Of a DNA stretch of 64,000 bases, positions 63,200-64,000 are shown piece by piece. Position 1 is the stretch's first letter, and each line of letters opens with the position of its first letter. The stretch comes from Ophelia neglecta (lineage: Eukaryota). The DNA lies in NCBI GenBank assembly GCA_965285935.1, contig OZ260661.1, positions 129,518,001-129,582,000 of the forward strand, read 5' to 3'. The position numbers and the translations under genes are program-made. The notes under the pieces were generated by a model that was not told the origin of the DNA, made no database searches, and was given only the letters and a program-made list of their open reading frames with translations.

Positions 63200-63320
63200 A
63201 ACCCCACCCCCGCCCCCTGCCACCTCCTTATAAGGCGTCTTCGTTACTCAGCCGGCTTTTCCAGCAACATGGTAATACAGGGCTATCCACGTGATCTCGT
63301 GTTATCTCGCGATAACAGGC
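63200..63320. promoter_or_regulatory. Candidate cis-regulatory element (GC boxes + CArG box + BANP-like palindrome)
   Basis: CCCCACCCCCGCCCC (~63202-63216), CCTTATAAGG (63226-63235), CACGTG (~63288), GTTATCTCGCGATAAC (63301-63316). Confidence 0.4.
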
Positions 63321-64000
63321 AGCGAGTAAGACGAGAACTTGTAAGTCTACCACAAGCTGTCATAATGTTCTTACAAATAATGCTCTCTGGGATTAACCAA
63401 TCCCATTACCGAAGACAAACGCTATCCGATTAGCTAAGACGTGTCTGGCTCACGGTAATACGACAATATATATATGCATATCTTACACTGAGGGATTATT
63501 TCTTCTATTTCCATAGAAATCAAATATCCCGAAAGCCTTAAGGCGATATTGACTTCTTGATCAACTTGATCGGGACTGTATACAGTTCACCTTTTTATAA
63601 TCTGGATCATTATGAAAGCTTGCTTAGACTTAACTTACGTATACCAATGGATAGTTTTTTGGAATTTTTCAATAAGGGGTTTTAGCGGGGTTAGAATTCT
63701 GTTTTTAATATTCAACCTTTTAGCAGAGAGGGAAATGTTTCGTGGTCACCTCCTCCCCCCTTGGCCGGCGCTATGAATCTCCGATAGCTGCCCAACCCCA
63801 TGTCTGCCGTGCCCCTTTCTAAACCGTATTGGTTTTCCCGCCTCCGGGCAGACGTACATCTTGTTATGGTCGTTTGGACTAGTTCCAGCGGTACAAAAGA
63901 AAACCACAAGATTACTCCAATAGTTTAAGCGTGTTTATAGGCCAGGATATCCGTATTATATGAATGTTATAACGTTCCCAGTGCTTGCTTCTTGGATTCC

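Overview
This window reads as eukaryotic animal genomic DNA, not prokaryotic. It is repeat-rich, has many poly-G/poly-C tracts, one 236-N scaffold gap and no long convincing ORF. The repeat repertoire (Meta-domain-like tRNA-SINE, pogo/Tc1-type MITEs, CAG(T/G)GGCG-ended MITEs) suggests a marine invertebrate, possibly a mollusc; this is inference. The best-supported genic signal is the 5' end of a minus-strand gene. It has a housekeeping-type promoter at ~10.3-10.64 kb (TCTCGCGAGA, three CCAAT boxes, ETS and YY1 motifs), a short non-coding first exon ending at a CAG|GTGAGT donor (10328), a ~9.7-kb intron, and a uORF-rich second exon (572-160) that may hold the start codon. The rest of that gene would lie left of the window. 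From ~10.7 to 64 kb I recognise no protein-coding exon. That stretch holds several MITE families with verifiable target-site duplications, one full-length SINE, about ten tandem arrays, candidate plus-strand non-coding exons and enhancer/promoter-like motif clusters. The most unusual observations are a strongly over-represented dispersed octamer (TCGTCTGC, >=19 copies), excess TAGGCCTA palindromes, CATG micro-insertions resembling transposon footprints, MITEs with 5-bp TSDs, and minisatellites that expanded inside MITEs. I found no CRISPR array, rRNA, true tRNA gene or operon-like system. All motif counts were made by eye and are lower bounds.
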